The translations under genes were made by a program, and so were the position numbers. From the human T2T-CHM13v2.0 reference genome, Homo sapiens, in the NCBI RefSeq assembly GCF_009914755.1, contig NC_060934.1: a DNA stretch of 64,000 bases, one strand, 5' to 3'. Positions 1-13,060 of this stretch are shown here, piece by piece (position 1 is the first letter of the stretch; each line of letters begins with the position of its first letter). Under the pieces are notes generated by a model that was not told the DNA's origin, did no database searches, and worked only from the letters and a program-made list of their open reading frames with translations.

Positions 1-394
1 TTTTGCTTTTTTTTTTCTTGTGAAGCTAATTATGCTTCTGCAAATCTAACTGCTTTGTTGAGTCCTGCAACACATATTACCAGCTAATACATAATGCATC
101 CTACTGAAGCCAAGTACGTGGATGATGTGGAGACCCTTATATCTATCCTACAATTTTACTGTAGACTCACTCCTTTGCCAGTTCATTTTATGAGGCAAAG
201 TTTTGAATGAATAAAATGATATAACTGTATATATTCTTTCATAAGATATTCTCACATATTTTTTCATGAGAATCTTACATATTCTTTCACTCATGCTATC
301 ATAAGTGTGTTTTTTTCTCTCCTGTTCACAAAACACAGTTGTCATTTCAGCTAAAATGAGTCAACTCAAAATTTATTTTCTAATTACAAATTTA

Positions 395-712
<318 letters not shown>

Positions 713-864
713 AACACAGAAAAGCACAGCAGAAATAATAAAATCACACGTAACTGCATTCCCTCAAAATAACCACTGTAATTTTTTTCACATTTTTCCC
801 ATCTTTTTTTCTGTGCATGACTTTTTACGTCTCTCTATATTTATGAAATTATAACAAAATACTA

Positions 865-1149
<285 letters not shown>

Positions 1150-3320
1150 TCAGGTAAAGAATACTGAGGTTATTACTTTTGCCTATATATGTTTGAGCAT
1201 ATATCTGATAACTATGTTTGCTTAGTCTTCACTAATTTGAAATGATATATTTAGCATATCAAAAAATGCCTAGATGTAACGGGCTATTTATTGGTTTAAC
1301 ACTGCTTCACTGATTTGTCTCTTCTGGCATCAGCACTATTTTGCTGTAGTTAATAAAATATAAGTTCAGGTTAAACATCTTGCATTGTGAATAGGAAGTA
1401 TTTTATTATCTGTTCTCCATATTACTGTTTTGGGTGAAATTTAATTTAGCAAACGTAGTATCTATATCAATATGATCCAACATCTTTCTGTCTTTCATCT
1501 ATTTAATTTTTAAAAAACATTTTCTGGAACCTACATTATGGTATCACATAATAATGGTATTAGCAAGCTTCTTTATCTTATTCATACATTTAATGAAAAT
1601 ACTAATAATGTTTCTCTGTGAATTTTGTTGTTTACTCTAGGTTCTGGCAGATTCACTTGATCTGATTAAAGTTTTCTTTTCTACCTAGTTTACTAGTTTT
1701 TTGTAGTAAGACTATGTACTGAATTTGATTAAAAACTTTTAACTCTTATAGGGATCACACAGCTTTTTTGTCTTTAAATATATTTTGCTACATTAAGAGA
1801 TTTCATATGGTATCATAGTTGCATTGCTAAGATAAACCCTTTTGGCATACTCGTGGGTTCCATTTGCAAAAATTTCACTTAGGATTTTTGCATTTTCAAT
1901 CTTATAATATTCCATCTCTTTTTCCTACTTGCCCTCCCTCTTTGCTCTCCTGTTCTGATTTTGATTCAGGGGCACTGGGATAATCTGTTTTCCTAAAGTG
2001 AGCTAAAAAGTGTTTCATTTCACCCCTGTGTGTTTTGGAAGAGCTTAGTAACATTGGAATTTTCAGATATTTGAAAGTTTATTAAAACTTGTCCTTAAAA
2101 ACTCCTGATAAGACCCTGTATCATTTTAAAAGATTACATCTTTGATACCTTTTTAATGTTTTTCACTGATCTTTCCTAGAAAATCATGTTTTGTATAAAA
2201 CCTCAAATTTATTATAAATTATACCTATTAATCTCTTATAATTAAAAATAACCTGCCATTTCTTTGACTTTTCTTGTTTCAAATGTGTGTGTGAGTTTTC
2301 ACTTTGTTGTTGTTCAGGCCTGTCAAAGGTTTGGTGTTAGGTTTTTCAAAGTTTTATTGATGATGTCTACATCTTTTGTTTTTTATTTTAACTTAAGTTT
2401 CTAATTTCCCCCTTTTCTATCTTAAAACAATCTTTTACTCCTAATTCAATAGCATCCTAAACTATATACTTCTTTTATTTTCAACCTTTTCTTTTCTAAT
2501 CTTTGCATTTGTAAATGTTTCTTTGAGCATCATCTTGGGCTTATCTCGCAATTTAGTAATGTAGCACTTGTAGGTCTTGATACCTGTGCTCTCAAAATCA
2601 ATGATTTCTAAGTACATACGCTTTCTATTCTTGTCTCTATTTTCATGGAAGATTTGGCGTTTTAGGCTTTTCTAGTGAGTGTAATTTTTCTGGCTTTTGT
2701 TTTTAATTTATTATACTGCTTACATAGAATATGGTCTCCATGATTTCAGTTGTTTGGAAAGTAATGAATTTTTTCTCTAAGGCTTAATGGAGGATAAGAT
2801 TTTATCCATGTTTTCCTAGGTGTTTTCAAGGAATGTGGTTGCTCAATTGGGTAGTGAGTTTCATATACCTTTGTCTTATCCATACTGATTTTTTTTGGTT
2901 ATTCAAATTATGTTATCCTTTTGTTTACTTGATCTCACTGTGTGAGAGAGTTATAATTGCATCCCACTATTTTTGTTTTTCTATTTCCTTCTGTATTTCT
3001 GTCAGTTTTTCATTTATTTTGGGAGCTGTGTTTAGTTCATGTATGTTTTCTTTTCCTTTTATATTTATGTCTACATGAATTATTACTTTTCTATTTGATT
3101 CTTTTTCCTCAGGTTATATTTTTCTGATATCAATATTTTTATACTTCCTTAATCTTTGTTAAGCATTTTCATATCTTTTCATTTATTATTTTCAATAACC
3201 TTTTAAATATTTCTTTCAAATAACATATAGTTTTAAAAGAAATTGATTTGAATACTCCTATATTTCAATGTGGGAATTTAACTTATATTTATAAAAACTA
3301 ACGTGGTTAGTCTTTAGTCT
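1150..3320 (-). mobile_element. Highly decayed old L1 (L1M-type) ORF2 remnant
   Basis: T-rich strand bias with degraded antisense L1 ORF2 phrases (gataaaccct, cttaggatttttgcat); boundaries approximate. Confidence 0.5.
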
Positions 3321-3344
3321 TATTTATGATTAATATTTACTTAT

Positions 3345-3545
3345 TTTTAAAATTTGTATTGAGATAATTGTGGAGTGGATTCACATGCAGTTGTAGGAAA
3401 TAATACAGAGGGATCCCTTGTACTCGTTGCTCAGTTTCCCCCATTGATCAATTTTGCAAAACTATTGTATAATATTACAACCAGGGTATTGGCATTGATA
3501 TTGTTTGCCCTTCCTTATCCAGTTTTACTCATACTTATTTGTGTA
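3345..3545 (-). mobile_element. L1MB/L1MC 3' end fragment
   Basis: tcacatgcagttgtaggaaataatacagag...caaaactattgtataatattacaaccaggg resembles old L1 3' ends in antisense. Confidence 0.7.
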
Positions 3546-3633
3546 TTTGTGCTGGAGCCATTTCAGGCTAATGACCTCCCAATTAATTTTTTTAACAACC
3601 TTTATCACTCCCAGGTTACATTCAGTAATTATC

Positions 3634-3669
<36 letters not shown>

Positions 3670-3677
3670 CAGAGAGA
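3634..3677. repeat. (GT)n(GA)n compound microsatellite
   Basis: Directly visible. Confidence 0.97.
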
Positions 3678-4091
3678 AATATCTGACTTTGGCAGACATC
3701 ATTGTTTTATTTGGTTTGGATTGTTTTATGTCCTCTCAGTTCCTCATCATCACCTCATTTGCAGCATTTTAAGAAATAAGTACTCCGTTAAAGATGACAG
3801 TATTTAATCTTGGGCTCTCAGCAAGCCTGTGAGCTAGTTATGCTTGACCCTGAAGGAAACTGAGTCTTTGAGGCACTGTATGCTTCAAATTATTATGCAG
3901 AACAATTACATGATAATCACTTCAATAATTGATTCTAATATACATAGTACTTAACTTGTAGCTGAGTGAATTCAAAGATGGTATTTTCAACCTTTTAAAA
4001 TATACAAGGATAAACATATAATTTTCATGTGGGCCAAGATAGAAAATCATCTTTGCTTATAACATTTTGAATGAAATTTAAATTTTATAGT

Positions 4092-4405
4092 TGGAATAGT
4101 CTGAATGTTTGTGTTTCCCCAAAATTCGTATATTGAAACCCTACCCCCCAAGGTAATGGTATTAGGAGGTGATTGGCGCTCTTCTGAGAGAGATCCCAGA
4201 GAGCTGTCTTGCCCCCTTCTACCATGTGGGAACACAGAAAGAAGGTGCCATCTTAAGATGGCAGACACCCTCACCAGACACCTAATATGTGGGTGCTTTG
4301 GTATTGGACATCATAGCCTCCAGAACTGTAAGAAATAAATTTCTGTTGTTTATAAGCTACCTAGTTTATGGCATTTTTAGATAACAGCCTGAACAGACTA
4401 AGACA
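4092..4405 (+). mobile_element. MLT1A-type MaLR solo LTR
   Basis: ctgaatgtttgtgtttccccaaaattc...ccagaactgtaagaaataaatttctgttgtttataagc...gactaagaca. Confidence 0.85.
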
Positions 4406-5077
4406 GTTACTTTATTGATGACTCAGATTTACAGAATTATCTTCTGGAATTTGCTAAATGTTTTAGTTATAACTTGTATCCACTCTGACTCTGTCTTTAC
4501 CTTAAGATAGTCTGATCCTCCCAGCATCCAATAAATGTAAGCCATGTTCACTCTGAAGATGGTAATAGGAGTTGACTTGGAATGTCTGTTTCTGACTGCC
4601 TCTTGTTCTTATCACTTGCCTTCTGGCTTCTGAATCTGGCCTCAAAGTCATATTTGTGATTTGGGGGTTGTCCTTAGGATTTGGCATTTGAACATAGTCT
4701 CACCAGATTTTGATTCTGGGCTACCTTTCATGATCTTTAGCTCACACTTATGCTCCTTTCTTTTTTTGCATTACGATGTATGTTCATCTCTCCAATAAAT
4801 ATCCTGGTTGGGTCTAACTTTATTTGACGGTAAAAAGAAGACTGAATTTAGCCCAGGTTATACAGAGGATACCTGTAGATATCCTACAGAATACCATAGA
4901 AAAAATAAAGGGTATTGGGATGGAAACTTTGGGGGGAAAAATAAGTGGGGGTAGAGGGAACAGAGAACTAAAATACTTAGATTATTGGTAAAAGATAGAG
5001 AAGACTCTTGCTATTGGGCAAGCCATCATCAGGTGGACAAGGTTACCTGGTCTAGCACATTAAGAGGAGGCTTTCAG

Positions 5078-5373
5078 CCGGTGGCTCATACCTGTAATCC
5101 CAGCACTTTGGGAGGCCAAGGCGGGCGGACCACCTGAGGTTGGGTGTTTGAGACCAGCCTGACCAACATGGAGAAACCCCGTCTCTACTAAAAATACAAA
5201 ATTAGCTGGGCGTGGTGGTGTATGTCTGTAATCTCAGCTACTCAGGAGGCTGAGGCAGGAGAATTTCTTGAACCCGGGAGGCGATGGTTGTGGTGAGCCA
5301 AGATCGCACCATTGCCCTCCAGCCTGGGCAACAAGAGTAAAACTCCGTCTCAAAAAAATAAAAAAAAATAAAA
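5078..5373 (+). mobile_element. AluSp
   Basis: Diagnostic CCTGACCAACATGGAGAAACCCC and GGCAACAAGAG; TSD-like gaggctttc on both sides. Confidence 0.92.
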
Positions 5374-6280
5374 AGAGGCTTTCTCATAGGTGTGGCTAAC
5401 TATCACAGATATATAGTTTTTAAGCAAATTATGTTTTTTAAAAAAATTAGAATGCCCTATAATTTAGTCTACATACATTAAGGAATACAGTGGGATATCA
5501 CTCCTTCTTTAATTCTTTCTGCCTAAGAGGCTGGTAACAATCTCTTGACCACCATTATTGCCAAGGAAACATTCTGTTACTGTCTGGGTAATTTTTAGAC
5601 CTTATTTAATAAGTTTGTGCTGAGATGGTACCTTCCTTTCAGGCCTTTTCTGCTAAGATATTAAGTGTTTAATTTTATACTTGGTTAAAAGATGGGTCTC
5701 AATGTTCTTTTTTCCTCAGCTCTTGCTCCTTCCATCTTTACTTCACTGAACTACCTTTCAAAACTCTTCATGCTCGTGTAATCACATCCTAACATAAATT
5801 TGCCTTTTAGGAAGACTTTTTGAAAGGATGTTGACTTGTGCACAGGTGTCAAACTCCTCCCTCCCAGAATCCATCTGAAAAACAAACTCTTAGAAAAACC
5901 TGCATTGACCCAAAATACTGTAGAGGAGCTACCAATATGCCAAAAAGTCTAATAAAATTCTGCTATTTATCTATAACTGCCACTAAACTAAGCGATGGTG
6001 CCAAGGGCTGCCAGGCTGCTTGCCTTCCTGAGAAAGCGAAAGAGTTATCACAGGAAATTATTAGAGGAGATGCTGGTGACCCTGGTCCCCTCTCATTCAG
6101 AGTGTGGGGCTGGAGAAGAGTGCAGGCCATGGCCATATTGGGAATAATCTGCCTGGAACCAGAATTCTGCCACTTTGAATCAATGGCATTTGGCAAAAAC
6201 TCTTATAAGCCACTTAAGTGGTAAAGCCCCAGAATGGTAAGGGGATTCCCCTGGATGACAGAAAGTAACAAAGTAGTGAA

Positions 6281-6637
6281 TGTATTAGTCTGTTCTCATG
6301 CTGCTAATAAAGACATACCTAAGAGTCAGTAATTTTTAAAGAAAAAGAGACTTAATGGACTCACAATTCCACATGGCTGGTCAAGCCTCACAATCATGGT
6401 GAAAGGTGAACGAGGAGCAAAGTCATGTCTTACATGGCTGCAGGCAAGAGGGCTTGGGCAGGGGAACTCCCATTTATGAAACCTTCAGATCTCATGAGAT
6501 GTACTCACTACCATGAGAACAGTATAGGGTAAACTGACCCCATGATTCAATTATCTCCACCTGGTCCTGCCCTTGACATGTGGAGATTATTACAATTCAA
6601 GGTGAGATTTGGGTGGGGACACAGTCTAACCATATCA
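6281..6637 (-). mobile_element. THE1 (MaLR) solo LTR
   Basis: tgtattagtctgttctcatgctgctaataaagacatacc...gagatttgggtggggacacag...catatca; 5-bp TSD gtgaa/gtgag. Confidence 0.93.
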
Positions 6638-7288
6638 GTGAGTGAGGCCTGATGTGGCCTTGCTGTACATTTCATGGGAAGCCAGGAGAAACTGGAGGCA
6701 AAGTGTCTAAGAATCAGCTCTCCATCTCAGAAATGTAGAAGTGGAGCCCTGGTGGGTAGTGATAACCTATGGAGAAGTTATTCACATAATTTTGTGTTAA
6801 ATAAAATATTTCAATACATCCTTTTTTTGCATTCAAAGGTGATTAAATAAGAAAGTAAAAACTTTTTTTTTTCAGAAAACTGATTGTGTCATTAAGCAAA
6901 AGGAAAAATCAAATGATTATCTCAGTTAAAGATCAAAATGTTCTTTGAGCAAATCCCATATCCATTCCTAATGAAAATAACTCTTAAATGGTGGGTATAA
7001 AATTATATTTTAAATGATTTTATATCTATCTTAAAGGTATGTCAAAGTGGTAATATGTATCAGAGCCTTAAAATGTGCTTATCTTTTGCCTCAACAATTC
7101 CGTTTCTAAGAATTGAACTAATGAATAATTCAGAAGTGCACATGATATTTCCTTTTGAAAGTTGTTATCTATAATAGTAAAAATTGAGCACGACCTTCAT
7201 ATTCAACATTTGTAGCTTAGATCTTGACAGTACTGACACAAAATAAAAATCACATCACTGTTCAGCCTTTGGAAGTCACACTGTAGAA

Positions 7289-7596
7289 CTGGGGTTGGCA
7301 AACATTTCCTGTAAAGGGCCAGGTAGTAAATATATTAGGCTTTGGGGTCCATGTGCTCTCTAACTGCAATGATTTAACTTTGCTGTTGTAGTGAGAAGGC
7401 AGCCATACACAACATATAAATGAATGAATGTGGCTGTATTCCAGTAAGACTTATTTATGGACCTTGAAGTTAGAATTTCATACAATTTTCTTTCATCACA
7501 AAATCATATTTTCCCCCCCGAACATTAAAAATGTAAAAACAATTCTTAGCTCACAAGCTATAAAAATGCATGCAGTAGGCAAGATTTGATCCCTGC
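7289..7596. mobile_element. MER58B (hAT-Charlie MITE)
   Basis: ggggttggcaaacatttcctgtaaagggccaggtagtaaata...gaaggcagccatacacaac...tggctgtattccagtaa. Confidence 0.82.
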
Positions 7597-7819
7597 TCTA
7601 GAGGAATATTTTGTAATAGCAAATAAGTTGATCATATATTGATAAATAATAAAATAATAAAATGCTGGAGAGGGGAGTAAGTTAGGACTCACATCCAGAG
7701 AGTAGTATGTAATAGTTGGTATCTGACACTGTGGTTTTGGTGCAAGCCGAGGCTTGACATAATGCTCTCATGTTTCCTCTTTCTTTCTTGGACCCTGCCC
7801 TACCTAGGCTAGCCTGCTA

Positions 7820-8062
7820 CAAGGGTGTAAGGCATGTATGTAGAGCCAAGTTGTCCCACTCAAGGCTATCATAGAGCAGCCAGTGGCCAGGAACATACCA
7901 ACTGAATCCCAATGCATGCATGGCCCCGATAAGATCATCTAAGCCCAGCCTCCATGAGCAGAACTGCTCCCCAATCCACAGACTTGTGAGAAGTAATAAA
8001 TGGTGGTTTTTGTCAACCATTAAGTTTGGAGGTGGTTTATTATGCATCAGTGTTAGCTGAAT
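7820..8062 (+). mobile_element. Old MLT1-family LTR, 3' part
   Basis: cacagacttgtgagaagtaataaatggtgg...ccattaagtttggaggtggtttattatgca. Confidence 0.6.
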
Positions 8063-8663
8063 CAGTTAGTTTTGAGTAATGGCACTGATGTCTAAATCTG
8101 TAGGTAATCCAACAGGACTAAGTGGGGGCAGGAGGACCAATGTGACAGATCATGGAGGTACCAGGGAAACCAGCTCAGGGCAGAGGGTAGGACTTCACAT
8201 CTATGGTGGGGAGGCCCTAATTCAGGGGGACATTTTTTATCTGGTCTGCATGGCTACATGCCACCCTGTTATTACTCTTTCAAAGACCAGGAAATGGCCT
8301 TGTTAGCCAAGAACATGTTTTTCAGGAGGTATCTCATGCTTGTTTATAACACTCTTGGATTAGAAAGTTAGAGCCATGGGAGCTTCCAAGGAATTGTGAT
8401 TGCAGCCATCTTCAGTATTTGCTTCTAGATGCTAATTTGGAATTTGGGCCACAAATCCCAAAATGTTTTAATAGTTTCTTCTAGAAGAATGAGGGACTCT
8501 CCTGTAAATGAATGTCCCTGGGCTTGTCGCAGATACTTCTGAGTTCCTAAGATGGATATGCATAGCAGGGCCATCTCTGACCCAAGTATTTTGACTGTTT
8601 GATCAGGAATGGTACCCTTTATTATTTTGTGCCAGAAGAGGGCATCTTACAATGCTGCATATA

Positions 8664-8903
8664 CAGTTGACCCTTGAACAATGTGGTTTTGAACTGGGCC
8701 TGTCTACCTAACACGTGGATTTTTTTCAGACAAACCCAGATGAAAAATACTGTATTTGCAGAATCCAAAACCCCTGTATACAGAGGGCTGACTTTTCCTA
8801 TACCCAGGTTCCTCAGGACTGACTGCAGAACTTGAGTAAAGTGTGGATTTTGGTATACACTGGGATCCTGCAACCAATCCCGGGCAATCCCGAGGGATGG
8901 CTG
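8664..8903. mobile_element. MER8 (Tigger-family MITE)
   Basis: TA|CAGTTGACCCTTGAACAA...CCGAGGGATGGCTG; about 240 bp with terminal inverted repeats. Confidence 0.88.
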
Positions 8904-9067
8904 TGTATGCATAATGAATTCAGTAACTTGAAATTGCTTTGGTGAACATAAAACTTATTTCCCTCCTTTTAGTGAATCCTTTTCCATCCAGAAACTGCAA
9001 TCAATTATGGGATTTTCACCCTGCTGAGTAGAAATAACTTTAAATCCTTCACTTTTGCATGGCTCTT

Positions 9068-9273
9068 TACAAAACCCCTTCACAAAGAGTACTCCATTTA
9101 TTCTCATTACAATCATATGAGATACACATTAGTATTCACATTTTAAATAAGAAGAAACTGAAGATAAGAGAGGAGAATAACTTATTCCAGGTTCAAGTTC
9201 ATTAAGTGGCAGAAATGGCGCTTGAAACTCAGGTCCTTTGATTTAAAATCCAACTCCCTCTCCCTGACAGCAC
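9068..9273 (-). mobile_element. MIR SINE
   Basis: cacattttaaataagaagaaactgaag...aagtggcaga...actcaggtcctttgatttaaaatcca. Confidence 0.75.
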
Positions 9274-10704
9274 AACTTTCTCCCTGAGTGCAGCTTCTTA
9301 CGTTAGCTATGTATGATTGATTTAACCAATTTTCTCCCTCCAAGGCAGAGGAACTGGTTTCTGTAAAGCATCACTCGCTGTTTCCAGGGGTCCCAGCTAC
9401 AGAGTAAGTGGAAAGATTGGTTGCTTGTTAGGCAGTCATACAAAACATCTGCAAAACCCCTCATTTGTGTACCGTGGAAATGTGATTTAGACATTTCGGT
9501 CTAGAATTATACTCTAGAGGTCCGTTGTGGAATGTGCATTAACTAAATTACAGAACTATGCTAGATCCTTCTTTAATTTCCTTCTGTGTCCTATACTTCT
9601 TTTATTGACGACATCATTCTTCACATTCCCTAGGACTTTTTGTTCCCTTTTACTTTTCCTCTCATTCTCATGTTTGAATGGTGGCATCTAACCAGATGCC
9701 AAGGCGTGTGGGTCCCATCACCGTAATGTCATTAATCTCTCTTCCCATCCCTTCATTCCAGGGCTATGGCCTGATTGAGCCCCTTGCAATCTTCTACATA
9801 GGCCAGCTAGTGTACAGTCACATGGGGAGTCTGTTTCCTTCTCCCTGTCTCTTCCCATCCTTACCATGCATCACCCCCAGATTAACCTTTGGAAGCAGAA
9901 CTCTATAACTTCTGTGTTTGTAGAATTCTCCAGTGGATCACTACTGATTACAAATAAAGTAGTAACTATGACTAGGCCTCCTAGGACTTTTTCTTTATCT
10001 TTTAGAACAGTTTTAGATTCACAGCAAAACTGAGCAGAAAGTACAGAGTTCCCATGTACCCTCTGCCCCCTCCCATGCAGTCTCCCACACTATCAACACC
10101 TTGCGTCAGATTGCTACATCTGTTATACCTGATGAACATGCATTGACACATCATTATCACTCAAGTTCTTAGTTGACGTTGCAGTTCATTTTATGGGTTT
10201 TGAAAAATGTATAATAACCATAATATTATCATACAGAATAGTTTCACTGTCCTAAAAATGCTCTGTGCTGTCTAGTCATCCCTTCCTCCCCACTAGCCTC
10301 TGGAAACCACCGATCTTTTTACTGTCTCCATAGTTTTGGCTTTTCCAGAATGTGATATAGTTTGAATCATGTAATATGCAGCCTTTCAGATTGTCTTCTT
10401 TCAGTAATAGGCATTTTAGTTTCCGCCATATCTTTTCATGGCTTGTTAGCTTATTGCTTTTTAGTGCTGAATAATAATCTGTTATTCAGGTGCTGAATAA
10501 TAATCTATTGTCAGCGTGCACCAGATGATAGAATATCCCTTTTTCTATTCATTTACTGAAGGACGTCTTTGTTGCTTCCAAGTTTTGGCAATTATAAATA
10601 AAGCTGATAGAGATATTTTTGTGCAAGTTTTCGTGTGGACATGTTTTCAACTCACTTGGGTGGATACAATAGAGCATAAGTGCAGAATCACACTGGTAAA
10701 ACTA

Positions 10705-11036
10705 CAGTAGTCTCCCCTTATCTGCAGTTTTGCTTCTCATGATTTCAGTTACCCAAGTTCAGCCATAGTCTGAAAATAGGTGAGTACAGTAGTACAATAT
10801 GATATTGACAGAGAGACAGACCACATTCATACAACTTTTATTATAGTTTAATGCTACAATTGCTCACTTTTATTAGTTCTTAATTTTAATCTCTTATGTG
10901 TCTAATTTATAAACTTTATCATAGGTATGCATATATGGGAAAAACATAGTATATATAGGGTTTGCTACTATCTGAGGTTTCAGGCATCTACTAGGGGTCT
11001 TGGAATGTATCCTTCATGGGTAAGGGGCAACTACTG
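10705..11036. mobile_element. MER44A (Tigger-family MITE)
   Basis: TA|CAGTAGTCTCCCCTTATC...TAAGGGGCAACTACTG|TA; inverted termini and TA duplication. Confidence 0.9.
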
Positions 11037-12058
11037 TATGTTTAATTTTGTAAGAAAATACCAAAGCTATCTTCCAAAGTGGCCGTACCATTTTACATTC
11101 CCACCAGCAATAAATGGGAGGTCCTGTTGCTCCACATCCTCTCCAGCATTTCTGGTACCGTCAGTGCTCTGGATTTTGGCCATTCTAATAAGTGTGTAGT
11201 GGTATCTCATTGTTGCTTTAATTTGCAATTTCTTTAATGATAAATGATGTGAGGCATCTTTTCATATGCTTATTCATGATCTGTATACCTTTTTTTGTGA
11301 GGTGTCCAGGTCTTTTGCTCATTTTGAAAATTGGGTTCATTTTCTTATTGTTGAGTTTTAATAGTTCTTTGTATATTTTGGACAACAGTCCATTATTAGG
11401 TGGGTCTCATGCAAAGATTTTCTCTCAGTCTGGCTTGTCTTCTCATTCTCTTGACGACATCTTTCATAGAGCAGAAATTTTAAATTTTAATGAAGTCCAG
11501 CTTATCAATTATTTCTTTCACAGATCATGCCTTTGCTGTTGTATCTGAAAAGTCATTGCCATACTCATGGTCATCTAGATTATCTCCTAGGAGTTTAAAA
11601 TTTTGCATCTAACATTTAAGTCTATAATACATCTTGAGTTAATTTTTGTTAAGAATGTAAGGTCAGTGTCTAGGTTCATTTTTGGTATGTAGAAGTCCAT
11701 TTGTTATAGCACCGTTTGTTGAAAAGACTATCTTTGCTCTATTGCATTCCCTTTGATCCTTTGTCAAAGATCAGTTGACTATATTTATGTAGGTCCATTT
11801 CTGGGCTATTCTGTTTCATTGATCAACTTGTCTATCCTTTTGCCAATATTACCCTGTCTTGATTTATGTAGCTTTATAATAAGCTTTGACGTCCAGTAGT
11901 GTCAATTATTCAACTTTGTTCTTCTTCTTCAATATTGTGTTGATCATCTGGGTCTTTTGTCTCTTTGTATAAACTTTAGAATCAGTTTGTTGATATCCAC
12001 AAAATAGCTGCTAAAATTTTGATTGGGATTGCATTAAGTTTATAGATCATCTTGGTAA

Positions 12059-12369
<311 letters not shown>

Positions 12370-12867
12370 GAGTCTTTCTATTCTTAAACATGAAATACCT
12401 TCTGATGTATTTAGTTCTTGGATTTCTTCATCAGAGTGCATAGTTTTCCTTATATAGATCTTGTACATGTTTTCTTAAATTTGTACCTAAGTACTTTATT
12501 TTTGGGGGTACCAATGTAAATGATAGTGTTTTTTATTTCAAGTTCCATTTGTTCATTGGTGGTACATATAAAACTTGTTGACTTCTGAATATTAACTTTA
12601 TAACCTACAAACTTGCTAAAATTATTTATTAGTTTCATAAGTATTTTTGGTCAATTATTTCAGATCTTCTTCATAGAAAATCTTGTCACCTGCAAACAAA
12701 GGCTGTTTAATTAAGATTTTCACAATTTACCCTCAATCTTGTCCTTAGCATTATTGTTTGCAGTTTACCTTCAATTATCCAATATTTTTTACTTTTCTGG
12801 TGTGTTTTTTACCTCTTGAGATTACTCCCTTTTTCGTCTTTGTCCATATCCAGGGGAGGCAGTGGGT

Positions 12868-13060
12868 GCAGTGGCATCAGGTGCAAGCTCTGAAGCCAGG
12901 TTCCTCCTAGTTCTGTCATTTACCTGCTGTGAGGCCTTGGGCAAGTTACTTAACACCATTCGTTTGTAAAGTGGAGATGAGTATCTTCCTGATATGTGCC
13001 AAAAAGATTGATTGAAAGAACATGCAGGGCAGAAAGTGGGCAAATGCTTAGTAAATACCA
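12868..13060 (+). mobile_element. MIR SINE
   Basis: Core ctgtgaggccttgggcaagttacttaac...tttgtaaagtggagatga. Confidence 0.75.

Noticed and set aside
160-230. Minus-strand exon ending GGA|GTGAGT
   Set aside because: The donor is good, but the acceptor lacks a pyrimidine tract and the peptide is unrecognisable.
5838-6224. 128-aa ORF in unique sequence
   Set aside because: It has a non-ATG start, no recognisable domain and a length compatible with chance.
10464-10512. Short tandem duplications (also about 35313-35350, 41289-41313, 42270-42293, 63110-63143)
   Set aside because: These look like ordinary slippage duplications with no further structure.
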